Part shown: one piece after another, positions 14,887-28,179 of the stretch
How positions within the stretch are numbered: the first letter of the stretch is position 1
How the letters are laid out: each line of letters starts with the position of its first letter
Assembly (NCBI GenBank): GCA_964016885.1
Contig: OZ024742.1
Location: forward strand, 27,094,001-27,158,000
Reading direction: 5' to 3'
Origin: Eledone cirrhosa
Taxonomy: Eukaryota
Length of the DNA: 64,000 bases
Translations under genes and position numbers: made by a program
The notes under the pieces: generated by a model
What the model saw: the letters and a program-made list of their open reading frames with translations, nothing else
Told to the model about the DNA's origin: nothing
Databases searched by the model: none

Positions 14887-15267
14887 AATCTATGTTTAAT
14901 ACAATCTCTTAATTTTGGTTCGTTATCTACTTTGTTCTCTTTCGATGTTGCGGTGGCATATTCTGAATAATTCGCCATCTCAGTTCAATGGTCCAAGTAT
15001 AATCGAACTAACAGGAATGACAATTCATTAGTTTCGACACAATCTTCCAACTGTTAGACCAGTGAAATTAACATAGATGTAGTTGAGAATTCTAAAGACA
15101 CATTCGTCTTTAACTTACTTCTTTGATAGATTTAGCCTTGACACATAGTACGCAAAAGCTGGTACTTTGAATTAAATTCAGAGTTCATTTGACGGACTTC
15201 CAAACATTTTCCGTCTACAAATTTCAACACAAGTCATGGGTTGTCTCCATATTATGGTAAATTATAT

Positions 15268-15749
15268 AGCTTGAAATTGGTGTGGAAGTCGGACCTTCGT
15301 AAAGACCTGAAGATCCGTCTCTTCGTTGTTGTAGTGGGGTCTGTGCTGTCTACGGGTAGGAGACTTGAACACTGACCAAGAAACTCACTCAGATCGTGAA
15401 TGGGTGCTACACGAGAATGCTGAGGATGTCTCTGAACATTAATCAGTATACACTGAGGATGAAGAACTCAGAGCTGTACTGGAGTCTCCCAAATGTCAGC
15501 TTGAAAGTGACACAGAGGAGATTGAGGTTACCTGGACATGCTCACCGACATCCAGAAATGACACTGCACTCAGTGCTCCTGTGGGAGCCCCTGAATGGTC
15601 ACACTGGAAGAGGAAGACCGAGGTTAACATATGTTGATACCCTAAGGACAGACACTGGTCTCTTGGAGACGCAGGACATGACAGCGATAATGAGGGACAG
15701 AAACCGCTGGAGAGAACTCGTCCATGGATCTCGGGAATTTTACCCGCCC

Positions 15750-15806
<57 letters not shown>
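15268..15806 (+). mobile_element. 5'-truncated RTE-clade LINE 3' end with (GATA)n tail, nested in a family B SINE
   Basis: ORF 15396-15752 (QRRLRLPGHAHRH..LLWEP..GRGRPRLTYVD) is the same family as 26668-27330. The stop codon runs directly into (GATA)n. SINE halves lie at 15190-15265 and 15807-15888. Confidence 0.9.
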
Positions 15807-15807
<1 letters not shown>

Positions 15808-15927
15808 TATCGCTAAAATGCCACATATTGGGTTCTGACCAGGGATTTAATGATTACAAAGCGAACATCTTAAACATTCGGCTATGTTGTGTCTACGCTT
15901 CTAATTACCGGTGTACTCTTATTAGCA

Positions 15928-16128
15928 TACGAGGGTCGAATGAAGAGTACATAGGGTGTCTATCAAGGAGTGATACTAGAGCTGTGGAATATTGCATGCA
16001 TTAATTTCATTCAACTTATTAATAACTGCATTGTTTCATTCCAATGACTAGGTTGAAAAATAAACCTCATTTGGTCATTCTATGAAATTATCTTGATGAG
16101 CTTATAATACTTTCAAGCGACACTCATA
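15928..16128. mobile_element. Mariner-like MITE
   Basis: Imperfect TIRs TACGAGGGTCGAATGAAGAGTA / TACTTTCAAGCGACACTCATA with TA at both ends. Confidence 0.6.
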
Positions 16129-16320
16129 ATTTTATATTGTTTAACATTCGCACACATCTACTTGAGGTTGCCTGCGTGCAAAACAATGCTATAGTTACTG
16201 GACACAGCCTATTCTGGATTATATGTGTGTTAAAATATGTTAACGCCAGGCCGAAAAAAAATAAAGAGCGGGAGTTTCCTTGGAATATACCACTTCAAAT
16301 ATTCTATTATTATTTGATTG

Positions 16321-16503
16321 ATTGGCAGTATCGGTAGAGAGTCGGACGCCATGCTTTGCAGCAAAGAGTTACGGCCCTTCGTGGTCTGAGTTCAAACCCC
16401 GCCGTGGTAAACTTTGCCTTTCATCCTTAAAGGGTCGATAAAATAAAGTACCAGTAATACACTGGGATAATTGCTGACATTGTGCCAAATGTAGAAACAA
16501 TTA
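16321..16503 (+). mobile_element. tRNA-derived SINE family A (Nin-domain-like core)
   Basis: A box TGGCAGTATCGG, B box GAGTTCAAACCC, core GCCTTTCATCCTT..GGGTCGATAAAATAAAGTACCAG, tail GTAGAAACAATTA. Confidence 0.85.
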
Positions 16504-16760
16504 TTTTCTTTATATAATTTCCTCCTTTATTTGGCTCTACAGAATTGTTCGCTATTATTGGTGAAAAAAATATGTTTCTTATTTGTGATGCCTTAGTTAT
16601 TGCTTTGATTTCCATCAACCACTAATCGTGAACACTGTCAAAACCTCCAGCTAAGAAACCCAGGCTTTGCTTAGGTTCATTTTTCTCGTTCTAAAAGCTA
16701 GGGTAATGATTATTAGGTTGATCTTTACAACCATATAAGTCTTTGTATCATCCCTCCTAA

Positions 16761-16917
16761 GGCTGGGAATTGGCAAAATCATTATAATATCGGATAGAAT
16801 GCATTTTGTTATTCATTTCGGCTTTCTGCTGTCTGAGTTCAAATCACTAGGAGGCCAACTTTGCCTTTCACCCATTCGTTGTCGCAAAAGATGTACCAGA
16901 CTAGACTTGGTGTCGAT
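16761..16917 (+). mobile_element. Diverged family A SINE
   Basis: CTGAGTTCAAATC..AACTTTGCCTTTCACCC..GTACCAG. Confidence 0.6.
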
Positions 16918-16949
16918 TCTTCTATATTTCTGTCTCACTTCAATCCTCT

Positions 16950-18080
16950 CACTTTCTATTTTCTGGAAAACATCTGCTGTATCTGACGTGTGATAGGCTC
17001 CACCAGTTTTAAAAGTGCCCTAGAAACCCCACCCCATATTTCAATACGGTGCCCCTACGACTACCCCAGGTGTTACGAGACCTCACATCATCCTTACAGC
17101 TCTTTCGAAAATTGCATATATTTGTCCCTAATATATATTTCTCTTTCGCGTACTTGTTAATCGCTCTCATATTGGTAGCCAAACACCTAAACAAGAAAGA
17201 CGAACTGGTAACCGCATGCAAACACAGATTGCGTAGGACTTACCTCACCCTCAAACCCCATAACGACCCGGGTGGGTAGACAGGGGATGATACCCCCCCC
17301 CCACTTGCCGAATAAGTTAGGGGAAACCCCAGCTTACTTAAGTAGATGTATCTCTTTTCTTTTCTTTTCTTTTCCTTTTTGTCTTCTTCTTCCCCCTGTC
17401 TCATCCTATCACTTCCTTCCACCCCCTATTTTCTTCCTCGTCTGCTTTTCGTCTTTCGCCTACCCCGATGCAGCCCATCGGGCCTCTGTAGCATTAGTTC
17501 CCCCACCCCTGTAATTTTAAGATAGAATTGGCCGAATACGTTTTACTAACTACTTATAGCAGACGTGTTAAACCCCTTTAATTTTGTATCAGTTCTGGCA
17601 CTACTCAATTTCTACAAGTTTTTTCTATTCTCAACTTATTAACCTGTAATTGTAAGATAGCATTTTGATTTTTTTGTTCATTTCTCACTATATATATATA
17701 TTTTTTTTCTATTATCTTTTATTGTCTCCTACTCTCATTCGATTTACTTTACCTATTCTATAACCTCCCTCCTCCACTTCATACACTATCCTTAGAATCT
17801 TCTATATACATATCACTTTCAACGCCAGACCGCTCCACTCACTCCCTTATTGTTCTACAGGCAAGTTCAGCCACCCCTACCTCCCACCAAATGCCATGAT
17901 AAACTTATTTGTGTTTACAAAAAATTTTAACCAATCCTCTTGACACCTACAATCTTCCCATATAAGGAAGTAGCCCCTTGACAAGTTCGGCTATTTATTC
18001 ACCAGGCTAAAAATTCTAATTTAGTCCAGAAATAGCCGTCAAAACGTCTTGAGCTCTGCCGTCGGGGTCATACTTTTTCA
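16950..18080 (+). mobile_element. Penelope-like 3' end: endonuclease C-terminus plus pLTR with decayed hammerhead
   Basis: ORF 17049-17279 contains HLNKKDELVTACKHR, resembling the PLE C-terminal LNKRSELxSKCRH motif. 17977-18055 reads TTGACAA-GTTCGGCTATT...AATAGCCGTC-AAAACG, a mutated hammerhead core. Ends in (TA)n. Confidence 0.6.
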
Positions 18081-18381
18081 TATATATATATATATATAGC
18101 AATAATAATAAATTTGAAGACTAAAATCCCAAGATCCCGTTAAGGTTGAAAGCAGCGATTGTTTGCTTAAACTTTAATCTGTTATTTTAATAAATATATA
18201 TATATGTGTACGTTTGTACGTGTGTGCATGTGTTAAATTAACAAAGACTATAAAGAAAACTGAAATTATTGACGATATATTTCAATGGATGCTCATAATG
18301 ATATTGCACTAAACATTCTTCATTGTTGAAATTTCAATATACGAGAAAAAATCATTTACTGCACTTAATTGCTTCCCGCCA

Positions 18382-18464
18382 ATTTAAGGCATTTCCCATA
18401 TTCTGTGTTATAAAAGCGTTTCCTTACATATATCTATATCTGCACATATACACACTGTGCTGTC

Positions 18465-18528
<64 letters not shown>

Positions 18529-18852
18529 ATATCTCTCCTTCTCTCTCTCCCTCCCTCACTCTACCCGTCTCGCACTCCATCTCCCTCCAACTTTCTCTCC
18601 TTGCGTCTCTATCCATCCCTCTCTCTCTCCGCCCCCTCTCCTCTTTCTTTAGAATTCGCTCCTTATACACACACACACACACACATGTATATCTTGCATC
18701 TCTGTGTTTGTCATATATATCCTTAAAAAAAAAAATATATATATATATGTCTGAGTGTATAATAATATGTATAATAATATGTCAAAGAGAGAGAGAGAGA
18801 GAGAGGGAGATGGAGTGCGAGACGGGTAGAGTGAGTGAGGGAGAGAGAGAAG

Positions 18853-18920
<68 letters not shown>

Positions 18921-19000
18921 TGAGACAGCACAGTGTGTATATGTACAGGTATATATGTAAGGAAACGCCTTTATAACACAGAATATGGGAAATGACTTAA

Positions 19001-19002
<2 letters not shown>
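18382..19002. repeat. ~200-bp inverted duplication (18382-18587 / 18803-19002) ending in (TA)n
   Basis: Unique sequence plus the (CT)n tract is copied in reverse complement, with a few substitutions. Confidence 0.9.
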
Positions 19003-19091
<89 letters not shown>

Positions 19092-19097
19092 TATATA

Positions 19098-19198
19098 GTG
19101 CGAGCAAGACATGGTCTCCTGACCATTCCGGCATCAAATGGAACAAAACCGTCTAACCCATGCTAGCGTGGAAGAAGGACGTTAAACAGTGATGATGA

Positions 19199-19201
<3 letters not shown>
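19098..19201 (+). mobile_element. Extreme 3' end of an RTE-type LINE/SINE with (GAT)n tail
   Basis: AACCGTCTAACCCATGCTAGCGTGGAAGAAGGACGTTAAACAGTGATGATGATG. Confidence 0.55.
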
Positions 19202-19267
<66 letters not shown>

Positions 19268-19455
19268 GAAGACTGAATGGACACGTATTTTGTCTCAAAT
19301 AAAAATAAAACTTTGTTCCGTTCGTTCCTCTTTTCAATGTCTATCTTTTCCCTTTCATCTTTCATTTCTTATTCTACCTTCTAGTGAAGGACTAATTTTC
19401 GAAACGGAAATATTTTCCTACTCTATCAAGCATTAAACTAATATATTACTGTGTT
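19268..19455 (+). mobile_element. PLE pLTR-like fragment with decayed hammerhead, same family as 47428-47640
   Basis: Pyrimidine tract, then CTAGTGAAGGA..TTCGAAACG, then TATCAAGCATTAAACTAATATAT, which is shared with the 47.5-kb copy. Confidence 0.45.
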
Positions 19456-19505
19456 GTAAGCATTATGGTTTGTAACATAGTTACGGCCCTTTACGTTCAA
19501 AGTGT

Positions 19506-19682
19506 GGATTGGCTGTATCGGTAGAGGATCAGGCACCATGCTTTTCAGCATAGTTACGTCCCCTTACGATCTGAGTTAAAATCCCACCGAGGTTAACTTT
19601 GCCTTTCATCCTACGGGGTCGATAAAATAAAGTGATGCATTGGGATAATTGCTGGCCTTGTGCCAAAAGTAGAAACAATTAT
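19506..19682 (+). mobile_element. Family A SINE
   Basis: Full-length match to 16321-16503. Confidence 0.85.
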
Positions 19683-19702
19683 TATTTTCGTTTACCTTTT
19701 GC

Positions 19703-19768
<66 letters not shown>

Positions 19769-19940
19769 ATGTGTGTGTGTATATATATATATATAGAGAG
19801 AGATATAGAAGTGAAATATGTGTAAAGAATTATTACATATATTTGTATCTGAGCTCAGAAGAAAATTCTCTATTCTTCTTTGAGCTAATATTATTATTAC
19901 TACTGTGAACTGCGGAATACTCTTAATTCCGATCCTAGTA

Positions 19941-19979
<39 letters not shown>

Positions 19980-21344
19980 GTTTAACTTAGGAAAGAAAGC
20001 AATTTTACGAATGTTTCAAAGAGCAAAATCATCTATGTATAGAATAATCGCTGGTAGTTACGTCGCAACTACATTCCATCGATCTCGGAAGCTCATTTAC
20101 TCAGCTGTTGAATAACAGAAACAATATATATAGCTTAAGTCACAAAAACCATTCTCTAAAGACTGGAAACAGCAAAATATTATGGAGTTTCAGAACAATA
20201 TATCTAGATTGAGACAGATGTGTGTCCTACTTGACACTCTGTATTTGCATTTAATGTAAATTAGACAAACTTGTAATTATTCTTCATTAGTATATTTTTA
20301 ATTAAAATATTGTCCTTCGGATTTAATTGAGCAATTAAATTATCACGTCAAAAATGTCTGAAATGTACACTAAATATGTTTATATTTTAGTTGTATGTGT
20401 TTATATCGGTTTGTAGGTGTCTATATGTATGTGTGTTACTGTTTCCTTGTGTTGTATATTAGTTTGTCTGTGTGGGCATTGTGATAGTGGACAGATTTGG
20501 TAAATGATGTATATATTCTAGACATATATAGAGTTAAAATTGTGTCGCTTGTACTTTACGATTAAATGTACTTTATATTGAATAAATAAAATTGTAGTGT
20601 GAACTAGAATTGTTCGTTGATGCAAATATATTTTGACATTTTTTTTTCTCGCTTTGTTGGTTGAAAACGTATTGGAGGTGGGTGGTTTGGGGTTGCGAAA
20701 GAGAATTAAATGAAGGTGTCTTCAAACTGGAGGCTGGGCCGAATGTTTACAGCAAAGGGCGGCTAAAAAGCACCCAGATACCTGACGTTGGTCTTAAACT
20801 GAGTTAGGAATTACGTCTAACTTCTATGTAGCTATAGTGTTATTTAAACTAAGAGAGCAAATAACAGGAACAAGAACATCAAGTTCCATCAAATAACAAC
20901 TTACCCTCTGAACAAATTATTGACCCTTATAATAATGTAGATATAGATGTATAAGTATCAATGATCACGGCTGTAATGATATTGAAGCTACACCTGCATG
21001 GTACGGGCGGGCCCCTGGTTAAAACGTAACACCAATAAGAGATTTTCAACGCGGTGGTGTGAGCTACTTAAACCTGCAGCCAAATTATACTCTTCCGCCG
21101 AAAAACGAACTAATTAATTGGATCTTTTAGCTGAAAGGTCCTCAAAGTCGACACTCCCACACCACAGGGGCACTGAGAAGGTCTGCGGAGAGGTGTTAGG
21201 GCCTAAGGGGACAGTAGGGGCAGTAGAAAAAATCGGGACGTTGGGACGAAAATATATATAGTCTAAAACATGGCTAGATATTCGCGACTGGAACTATTTC
21301 AATCATATATATACATAATGGATACTTTCTTAGAGCTAATCAAT

Positions 21345-21550
21345 GGTTTCTAATTCAGTCACAAACCAGTAATTGTGGCAGGAGGTAAAAGCTGCTAAAA
21401 TGAACCCTAGTATTTTACTGGTTGTTTATTTCATCTCGTTCTTGAGAAATAAAAACAAAGTTCGTCTCAGCACGATTCGAACTCAGAACAAAGAACACAA
21501 ATAAAATACAGCCTTTTGTCTTATGCTCTAACGATTTTGACAATCTACCG
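21345..21550 (-). mobile_element. Diverged family A SINE
   Basis: GTTTCTAATTCAGTCACAA..TACTGG..ATTCGAACTCAGAAC..GCTCTAACGATTTTGACAAT. Confidence 0.55.
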
Positions 21551-22151
21551 TTCTCAATATACGAGGACAACAACAAAAGCGACAAAAACTAAACAAAAAC
21601 AACCAAAACAAGCAGGTGATTTCATCAAGTTAGCAAGGCGACGCAATGGTTAGTGTCCATGACCTTTATGTCACTTCTATACTTGATGCTTCTCTCCTCG
21701 AATAATTGTTGTAGATCCTGTTATTTTGAGAATTATTGTTAGTAGTGCTGGTGTGGATTGGGGGTGATTTGTGTCGCCTAAGGTGATCCATCATCTAACA
21801 AATCTATTATCGCATCGGTGCTTACATGAAAATCGAAATGTTTTCTACATGTTGATTTTCTCTTGATTCGATTTCTGGATTTGAAATATATTATTGTAGA
21901 TTCTTAAAATTTAATATGTTTGATATTAAAAACATATTTCCTGTTATCGTTTGTTACGTTTCTTTTGTTACATAACTTCAAATTAATATTCACATTTACA
22001 TTCTAACTGGATAATAAATAAAGCTAATTATTTTTTTTTTTCTCTGATTACCTGCATTGTGTTGTATCTCCCACTCAACAACGCCACACAAAAACAGATT
22101 TATCTGGGTCAATTAATCTCAACAATCATAATAAAGATGATGATGATAATG

Positions 22152-22195
<44 letters not shown>

Positions 22196-22539
22196 TATAT
22201 ACGGTAATCTATTAATTTATTTTTCTATTTAATGACGATAATAATAATGCGGTCGGTGTTTGTTGAGATTGTAATCCTGGTGTGATGTGGTGTAATGTGC
22301 AGTCAACCGTGAAATAAATACAAAACAACTTACAAGCTGTCCACCGATGCATGTAATGCATAGGTCAATATGGGATTTTAATGTGGCGTACGTGGCTAGC
22401 AGGCTTGTTAGCTGCTGTTGTTGTTGTTGTTGATGTTGGTGTTGTTATTGGTATGGTGGTGGTGGTGGTAATTATTATGTTGATGGGATACTAACAGTTG
22501 GGTGGGTTTTTTTTGGCCGAGATGCTGGTGTCGATGTTA

Positions 22540-22542
22540 CTG

Positions 22543-22586
<44 letters not shown>

Positions 22587-22616
22587 GCTGCTACTACTAC
22601 CACTACAATCACTAAC

Positions 22617-22649
<33 letters not shown>

Positions 22650-22972
22650 TCACCAGTACTACCACAACGACGACCACCACAACCACTATTACAACCAACA
22701 CCACAAATACCAAAACCATTACTACAACCACCACCACCACCAGCACCACTACTACTACTAATACCACCACCACTACTACTACTAACGCAACTACTACCAC
22801 TACCCCCACTACTACTACTACCACCACCACCACTACTACTACTACCACAACTACTACCACCACCACCATCAATACTACTCTACTACCACCACCACCACTA
22901 CTACTACTACCATAACTACTACCCCCACCAATACCACCACCACTACTACTACCACTATCACTACGACTACTT
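22540..22972. repeat. (CTA)n/(CCA)n trinucleotide low-complexity tract
   Basis: Read directly. Confidence 0.92.
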
Positions 22973-23083
22973 CTACATAAATCAGGTGTAAAACCTGCAT
23001 TAGTTATTGTTCTTTAGTTAATTACGTATTTAGGTATGCATTCATATGTTTGTATATATATATATGCCTGCCATGTGTGTGTA

Positions 23084-23170
<87 letters not shown>

Positions 23171-23244
23171 ATATATGCCTGCCATGTGTGTGTATGTATG
23201 TGTATGTATGTATATATATATATATATATATATACATATATACA

Positions 23245-23264
23245 CCGTCGGGGTCCTACTCGTT

Positions 23265-23324
<60 letters not shown>

Positions 23325-23490
23325 GGAACGAGTAGGACCCCGACGGCTGAGCTCAAGCCGTTTCGACGGCTAATTCTGTCCAGAATTAGCCGTCGGGGTC
23401 CTACTCGTTCCTATTACCCACTCTACTACCCTAAGTATTGAGTACTTTGTTGCGTTATGGTCCACCTGGTTCCTTACCACATTTCCTTCG

Positions 23491-23492
<2 letters not shown>
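23245..23492 (+). mobile_element. PLE pLTR 3' end with inverted 5' segment, inside (TA)n
   Basis: Fold-back at 23323-23413, followed by TACCCACTCTACTACCC...CCTTCGTTA+(TA)n. An extra fragment lies at 23245-23268. Paralogs at 41078, 43333 and 18025. Confidence 0.75.
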
Positions 23493-23579
<87 letters not shown>

Positions 23580-23799
23580 CATACATACACTAGACAGGCA
23601 TAGATATATATATACTTATATATATACATATATACACACACATACATACACATGACTGCATATATATATATACAGACATATGAATGCATACCTAAATATA
23701 TGCAACCATGTGTGTGTATGTATGTGTGCATATATATGCCACCATGTATATGTGTATATGTATGTATGTATTTATGTATGCATGTATATATATGTATTT

Positions 23800-24000
23800 A
23801 TGTATAATTATGTATTTATATATGCAGTCATGTGTGTGTGTATGTATGTATTTATATATATGCAGTCATGTGTGTGTGTGTGTATGTATTTATATATATG
23901 CAGTCAAGTGTGTGTGTGTGTATGTATGTATTTATATATATGCAGTCAAGTGTGTGTGTGTGTATGTATGTATTTATATATATGCAGTCAAGTGTGTGCA
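23800..24000. repeat. ~40-bp minisatellite (ATATATGCAGTCA..GTGTGTATGTATGTATTT), about 5 copies
   Basis: Read directly. Confidence 0.8.
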
Positions 24001-24290
24001 TGAGTGCATGTCTATATGCATTTATGTATAATTTTTATTTGAGATATATTTAAAGTCCTTGTAGAATTCCTATCGAGTCCCTAACAAAGTAACGACGTTT
24101 TTTTCTACTAATGACAACATAATTAAAATCGTAAATATATGAATAAGTTAATGAGTACATTATATTAATATGTGTGTGTGCGCGCGCGCGTATGTGTAGA
24201 GATAATTGCAATTAATAGGTGTATGCACGTGTGTTTGCATGTATGTATTTATATGTGTATGTACGTGTACATATGTATGTGTGTATGTAT

Positions 24291-24835
24291 GTAACCCAGT
24301 ACAACCTGTCGCATGGTCGGGTCGTCAGTGACTAAACCAGCGACTCCCACAAGTTTACTTGGTGCGGAGGGTGAAAGAACTCATAAGGGCCAACGGCCAT
24401 CCAAAGTGTGTAAATATGTATATATATACATGTAGATATGTATGTATATGTATATGTATATATACATGGTTGCATGTGTTTGTATATGCGCGGGGACATA
24501 GAAATAGTCGGGCTGGACACCCGATCGCGCTGTTAAACTCTGGGAGTGAAGGACCCCTAGTATTTGTCAGGGCATTCTTCTAGGAGAAGGCAACTCACGA
24601 AACTTTGATAACTGCGATATAAAACCTGCGGCACAGTAGTTACCGATGATGTTGATCTTTTCTTCTTCTCGGGTTACAGCTACTGTCGCTCAGAGAGTGG
24701 GATTGGCTCAGTGCACAGTCTTTCCTCACTTTAAAAAATATCTTCACGCACAGGCATTGCACGATAGAATTAATTAATAATTATTAATAGTGGTATATCG
24801 TGCAATGGTCATACTCGAGAGGAGGCAGCCATCAT
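24291..24835 (+). mobile_element. Non-autonomous RTE-related element, copy 2, with inverted 5' head
   Basis: 24484-24835 matches 10095-10450. 24291-24350 is the reverse complement of 10482-10541, and 24366-24405 matches ~10603-10645 in the forward orientation. Confidence 0.7.
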
Positions 24836-26165
24836 GTATGTATATATGTATATGTATGTATGTATATATATATGTGTATGTATGTATGTGCCCGGACCTG
24901 CAAGTCAAGGATCGGCCTCCACAGCCACCTTCGTTCCCATGGCAGACAGGAACTAAAATAAAGATGTCATCATCGTTTACGATGGACAACCAAGAGGATG
25001 TATGTATGTGTGTCTATGTGTGTATGTATGTATGTATTCATATGTGTATGTACGTATAAGTAAATACGTGTGTATATGTGTGTGTGTATGTCTATCTGTG
25101 TATGTATGTGTGTGTGTATGTATTTATGTGTATGTACGTGTATGTATGTGTGTGTATCTATGTATGTGTGTGTATGTATGTGTGCCTAGGTGTGTATGTA
25201 TGTATGTATGTATACATGTGTGCGTATGCATATATGTATATGTGTATATATCTATAAGTGTGTATGTATGTATGCATGTATGAATATATTAATGTATGTA
25301 TGTATATATTGATATGTGTATGGTTGTGGGGTTAGGGCGTTCTTAATTACTGCAATTTCTTTGTCAACAGTTTTTATTGTAGGCAAGACGGTCGACTTTT
25401 ATTTTAAAGAATGTTGCACCACCACCGCCACCACTTAGGTTACGGTTTCAATCCCACATCGCGGTATCTTCAGCATGTTTCATTGACCATTGCTTCGAGT
25501 TAACCTATGACTTGTGAGGAATATTTCATAGGTAGAAAAACAGTTAAGTATCCCGTCTGATGGATTCTACATGTAAATCCAAGGACCATGTGTGTGACAC
25601 AATATGACACAGAGAAGTTTTCTTCGGATCATGTTATTAGAACTCGTATCTAAACTATAATAAAGTAAGGAGTGCGGGACTGCGTCCAGAATATATATAT
25701 TTATGCCGTTTGTAAAATAAGTTGGATTACTTTGAATAAATAATGAATGAATATTCCATAATTTATCTACTAATTTTCGTTATTCTTGAATAAATATAAA
25801 TAATATTGTTCCTTATTTTAAGAATCACTTATTTAAAATTTTCAAATGTCAACACTTCCGGTTAGTGATCGCTTAAATAAACATTCATATATTTCCGTCA
25901 CTAATTTTCTCCTCATGCAGTTTATATATAATATCGTCTTTTTTTAATGTGTCATGGAATACGTTATTGATTACATAAGACAGTGTAACGCAGTCTTCGT
26001 TCAATTTCTGTGTATAATTGTCAATTACGATTTTATTTGATGGTTCATATCTAGATGAATATATACTTGCGTATAATATCAATATGCACATTATACATTA
26101 TAGCAGAGAAACACGCCAATGGTAGTTTTTCTGCTAGTATGTATAATGTCAACTTATCATACATT

Positions 26166-26233
26166 AAATTTGCCTTTCATCCTTACGGGGCCGATCAAAT
26201 AAAGTACCAGTAATTCACTGGAATAATTGCTGA
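26166..26233 (+). mobile_element. Family A SINE 3' fragment
   Basis: TTTGCCTTTCATCCTTACGGGGCCGATCAAATAAAGTACCAGTAA. Confidence 0.7.
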
Positions 26234-26398
26234 CGAGATATTCCCTTTTATTCGACATAACTGACTTCTACTGATACATTCTACACAACCAAATAGCCTA
26301 ACTCTATATTTCTCTTTCTCTCTGTCTATCTGTATCTCTCCCCTCTCTCTCTCCCTTTCTCTCTCACTCACGCTCTCTCTCACTCTCACTCATTCTCC

Positions 26399-26480
<82 letters not shown>

Positions 26481-26595
26481 GTGTATATGTATATACAGCA
26501 TATATATATATGTTATATGTATATATATATAAAATAATATATCGTATATATATATGTATATATGTATATATGTATATACAGCATATATATATATG

Positions 26596-26667
<72 letters not shown>

Positions 26668-26669
<2 letters not shown>

Positions 26670-27699
26670 AAGGCGGGTAAAATTCCCGAGATCCATGGAC
26701 GAGTTCTCTCCAGCGATCTCTGTCCCTCATTATCGCTGCCATGTCCTGCGTCTCCAACAGACCAGTATCTGTCCTTAGGGCATCAACATACGTTAACCTT
26801 GGTATTCCTCTTCTAGTGTGTCCATATAGGGGCTCCCAAAGGAGCACTGAGTGCAATGTCAACTCTGGATGTCGGTGAGCATGACCAGCTAACCTCAGTC
26901 TCCTCTGTGTCACTTTTGAGCTGACTTTTGGGATGCTCCCATACAGCTCTGAGTTTTTCATCCTCAGTGTATACTGATTAATGTTCAGAGCCATCCTCAG
27001 CATTCTCGTATAGCACCCATCCACCATCTGAGTGAGTTTCTTGGTCAGTGTGCAAGTCTCAGACTCATACAGCAGCACAGACTCCACTACAGCAATGAAG
27101 AGGCGGATTTTCAGGTCTCTACGAAGGTCCGACTTCCACACCGATCTCAAGCTGTGGCACGCCGCCCAGGCTTTGCTCTTCCTCTCAACCACATCATCTT
27201 CCGTATTCCCAATCTTTGCTCCTAAATACAGGAAGCCCTCAACCAATTCTAGCGGCTTCCCGCCTACATTAGTGATCCCCTCTGGCTTCTCAACATTCTC
27301 TACCAGATATGTTGTTTTAGTCTCATTCATTCACAGCCCCACACTCATCGACACAGTCTCAACCTCCCGCATCAAATCCTCTGCCTCCTTCACTGTATTT
27401 TTCACCAAAACTATGTCATCGGCAAATTCAACATCCGATACCTTTTTCGCCCGAACTCTCCTGCTCTGAGCCGGTGCTACAGTAAAGCCAGAGTCCTGGT
27501 GTTTCTCCAGTGCAAGGCGCATACAATAGTCCACTACGATGATAAAAAGGTAGGGAGCCAATGTATCTCCCTGGAGCACTCCAGCCAGTATCTCAAAGAA
27601 CTCTGTCATCCCATCAGGTGTAATGACTTGGGCTTTGGTGTTGGTGTAGAGCAGTGATATCAGGTCCACTATCTTCTTGGGGATTCCATAAGCCTGTAA
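26668..27699 (-). mobile_element. RTE-clade LINE: RT core to C-terminus, one in-frame stop
   Basis: ORFs 27331-27702 and 26668-27330 share a frame and are separated by one TGA. Motifs: GVLQGDTLAPYLF, FADD, GL*MNETKT, FLYLG, VESVLLYESET, RRLRLAGH. The final stop abuts (TA)n. Confidence 0.95.
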
Positions 27700-27702
27700 C
27701 AT

Positions 27703-28046
27703 AAGTCAGTAACATCGTACCAGTGCCAAAGAAGGGAGATCTCTCTAACACCAACAACTACCGGGGGATGTCACTGACGTCACTTGTGGCAAAGACCCTC
27801 AACAGGATGATTCTTAACAGGATCCACCGTGAGATGGAGAAGAAGCTCAGGGACAACCAGAACGGCTTCAGAGAGGGTAGATCAACCACCAATCACATTC
27901 TGATGCTGAGGAGGATATTAGAGGGAGCTAGAGCAAAGTGCCTTCCTGCGGTCATGGTTTTCATTGACTTTAGGAAGGCCTATGATTCTGTGGACCGTTA
28001 CTGCCTGATGAAGATCTTACAGGCTTATGGAATCCACAAGAAGATA
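27703..28046 (+). mobile_element. Inverted 5' segment of the same RTE LINE (RT N-terminal domains)
   Basis: PVPKKGDLSNTNNYRGMSL..QNGFREGRST..FIDFRKAYDSVDR..ILQAYGIHKK; it ends where the minus-strand segment begins (LQAYGIPKK). Confidence 0.93.
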
Positions 28047-28084
28047 TATATATATATATAATAAGGTCAAACAAAATAAATGAT

Positions 28085-28179
<95 letters not shown>

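Noticed and set aside
16321-16400. tRNA genes at SINE heads
   Set aside because: A/B boxes are present but there is no cloverleaf, and they continue into SINE cores.
21640-22420. Possible minus-strand exons (MMDHLRRHKSPP.. after TTAG; QQLTSLLATY..GGQL before GTAAGT)
   Set aside because: Short, with no recognisable homology and weak acceptors; not supportable without RNA-seq.
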